From Octopus vulgaris (taxonomy: Eukaryota), in assembly GCA_951406725.2 (NCBI GenBank), contig OX597820.1, forward strand, positions 96,658,001 to 96,722,000: a stretch of 64,000 bases of DNA, written 5' to 3'. This document shows, one piece after another, positions 62,523 through 64,000 of the stretch. The translations under genes and the position numbers were made by a program. The notes under the pieces are model-generated. The model searched no databases. It saw nothing but the letters and a program-made list of their open reading frames with translations, and was not told where the DNA came from. Within the stretch, counting starts at the first letter, position 1, and each line of letters begins with the position of its first letter.

Positions 62523-63300
62523 TCTATTATATAAAATCCGTTCTGTCTGTCTGTGTGTGTGTCTTCTAGGATCTCGGGCATCCTTCTTCCGATTGCGCTC
62601 AAATTTGATATGTAGATACCGACGGTATCAGGGCGTTTATAAGTCTTGAAAAAATTACAAAAATCGATTCCAGGTGAGAATGCGATCGATAAAGCCGTGG
62701 GAACGTGCATTTGTACGCGCAAGTACATCAGCTGTTGCGATGTACTTACTGGTACTTTAAACTCTTCGGTTGCATATTTGTGTGAATAAAATCGTTTTTC
62801 TTTAGAATAGAAAAAAAAGTCTATCTTTATTTCTTCTTTTGCTGGTGTCTCAAATTTAGGTTAAATCAGTGTTTCTCAAAGGGGAGGCCTATGGGACGGT
62901 TGGTCAAGTTGTTTTGAGAAAATTTGGTTTAAATGTCTGACAACTCAGCACCGTCCATTGGACGGGGGGCGTTTTGCTCGTATATAGATAGATATATCTA
63001 TATATATAAAACTGAAATGCGTTTTTACCGCTTGGATCGCTTTCAATGCCACTACATCCCGTCCGGTTCGCTCCAAAATTTACAGGGACATGTAGAATGA
63101 GGTGACGATGTTCGTGGGCTACCTTAGAAATCCCTATCTTAAAAGGTGTGGTTGCTAGGGCCCATCTTCCTCACTCACGCTATTTCCTCCTTTCCCTCTC
63201 TTACTCCCCTTCATTTATAACATTGAGAAGTCCACTCCAGTTATTTAATGTATTCCCCTCAACTCCCTTTCACTTTCCCTTTATAAGTTCGTCAGGCGGC
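62523..63300 (+). mobile_element. Helitron-like 5' ends at ~62523 and ~62997
   Basis: A|TCTATTATATAAAATCCGTTCTGTCTGTCTG and A|TCTATATATATAAAACTGAAATG; 3' ends not found. Confidence 0.45.
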
Positions 63301-63525
63301 CTTCTTTGATGTATCTGTTTGCATTCATAGGGAGAATTATCATCGCCACAATTTATGTATATGTCTTCCTCACTCACTCACTCTTTTTCCTAATGATAAT
63401 TATCATCACCACCACCACCACCACCAACACACAATACTCACTCTATTTCATACAAACGGCCTTCTCTTATGTATCTGTCTGTGTGAAAGAGAGAGATAAC
63501 TGAAATTTTTTACTCGGTTTTTGTA

Positions 63526-63830
63526 GTGCGTGCGTGTGTATGCATGTATGTGTATATGTATGTATGCATGTATTTGTGTGTGTGTATGTATCTATGTATG
63601 TGTGTGTGTGTGTGTGTGTGTGCGTATGTATGTGTATGTGTGTATGTGTGTGTATGTATGTGTGAGTGTGCATGTATGTATGTACCTTTGCCTGTTTATG
63701 TAACGGTCTGCTATGTAGAAATGAGGTTGACTCAATGGAAATGCATACATACACACACACATACATACACACACATACACACATACATACACTCACATAC
63801 ATACACATACATACACACACACATACATAG
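63526..63830. repeat. Degenerate (TG/TATG)n and (CA/TACA)n tracts in inverted arrangement
   Basis: Direct reading. Confidence 0.85.
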
Positions 63831-64000
63831 ATGCAGACCTATGTTAAAAGTGCTGGCAAGTTTGCATGACAACTATTTTTTTTCCTCAAATGAAAGGCGT
63901 AACCTCTAGGACAAAATTCCTCATCTTATAAAATGTGGCCCCAGTACACCCGAATGAAATCGCGTTATATTAACCAAAATGTGAAAAGGGGTATAAATGG

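Noticed and set aside
63260-63300. Minus-strand CTGACGA-actt..aagt-GAAA
   Set aside because: No stem III palindrome and weak stem I; likely chance

Overview
AT-rich, repeat-dominated eukaryotic DNA, most likely from an octopus/cephalopod genome (inferred from the SINE families and the density of TA/CA/TACA microsatellites; not verified by a search). Most ORFs in the supplied track are microsatellite or SINE artefacts. Recognisable content: a 5'-truncated CR1-clade LINE, two decayed RTE LINEs, L1/Tx1-type fragments, a Buster/Charlie-type hAT transposon with decayed transposase, mariner remnants, Merlin-type and hAT MITEs, non-autonomous Helitrons (including a head-to-tail pair), and many modular tRNA-derived SINEs. 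One probable host exon (12935-13369) encodes an orphan single-pass membrane protein end with a Cys cluster and an Arg/Pro-rich tail. The most notable hidden structure is a set of five sequence-unrelated type I hammerhead-ribozyme motifs in short non-coding elements, four of them pointing into (TA)n tracts (Penelope/retrozyme-like). Also notable are two ORF1-only (Gag/zinc-knuckle, no RT) retroelements whose 3' tail is shared with the commonest SINE, and a SINE/CR1-LINE 3' tail pair with a covarying hairpin.
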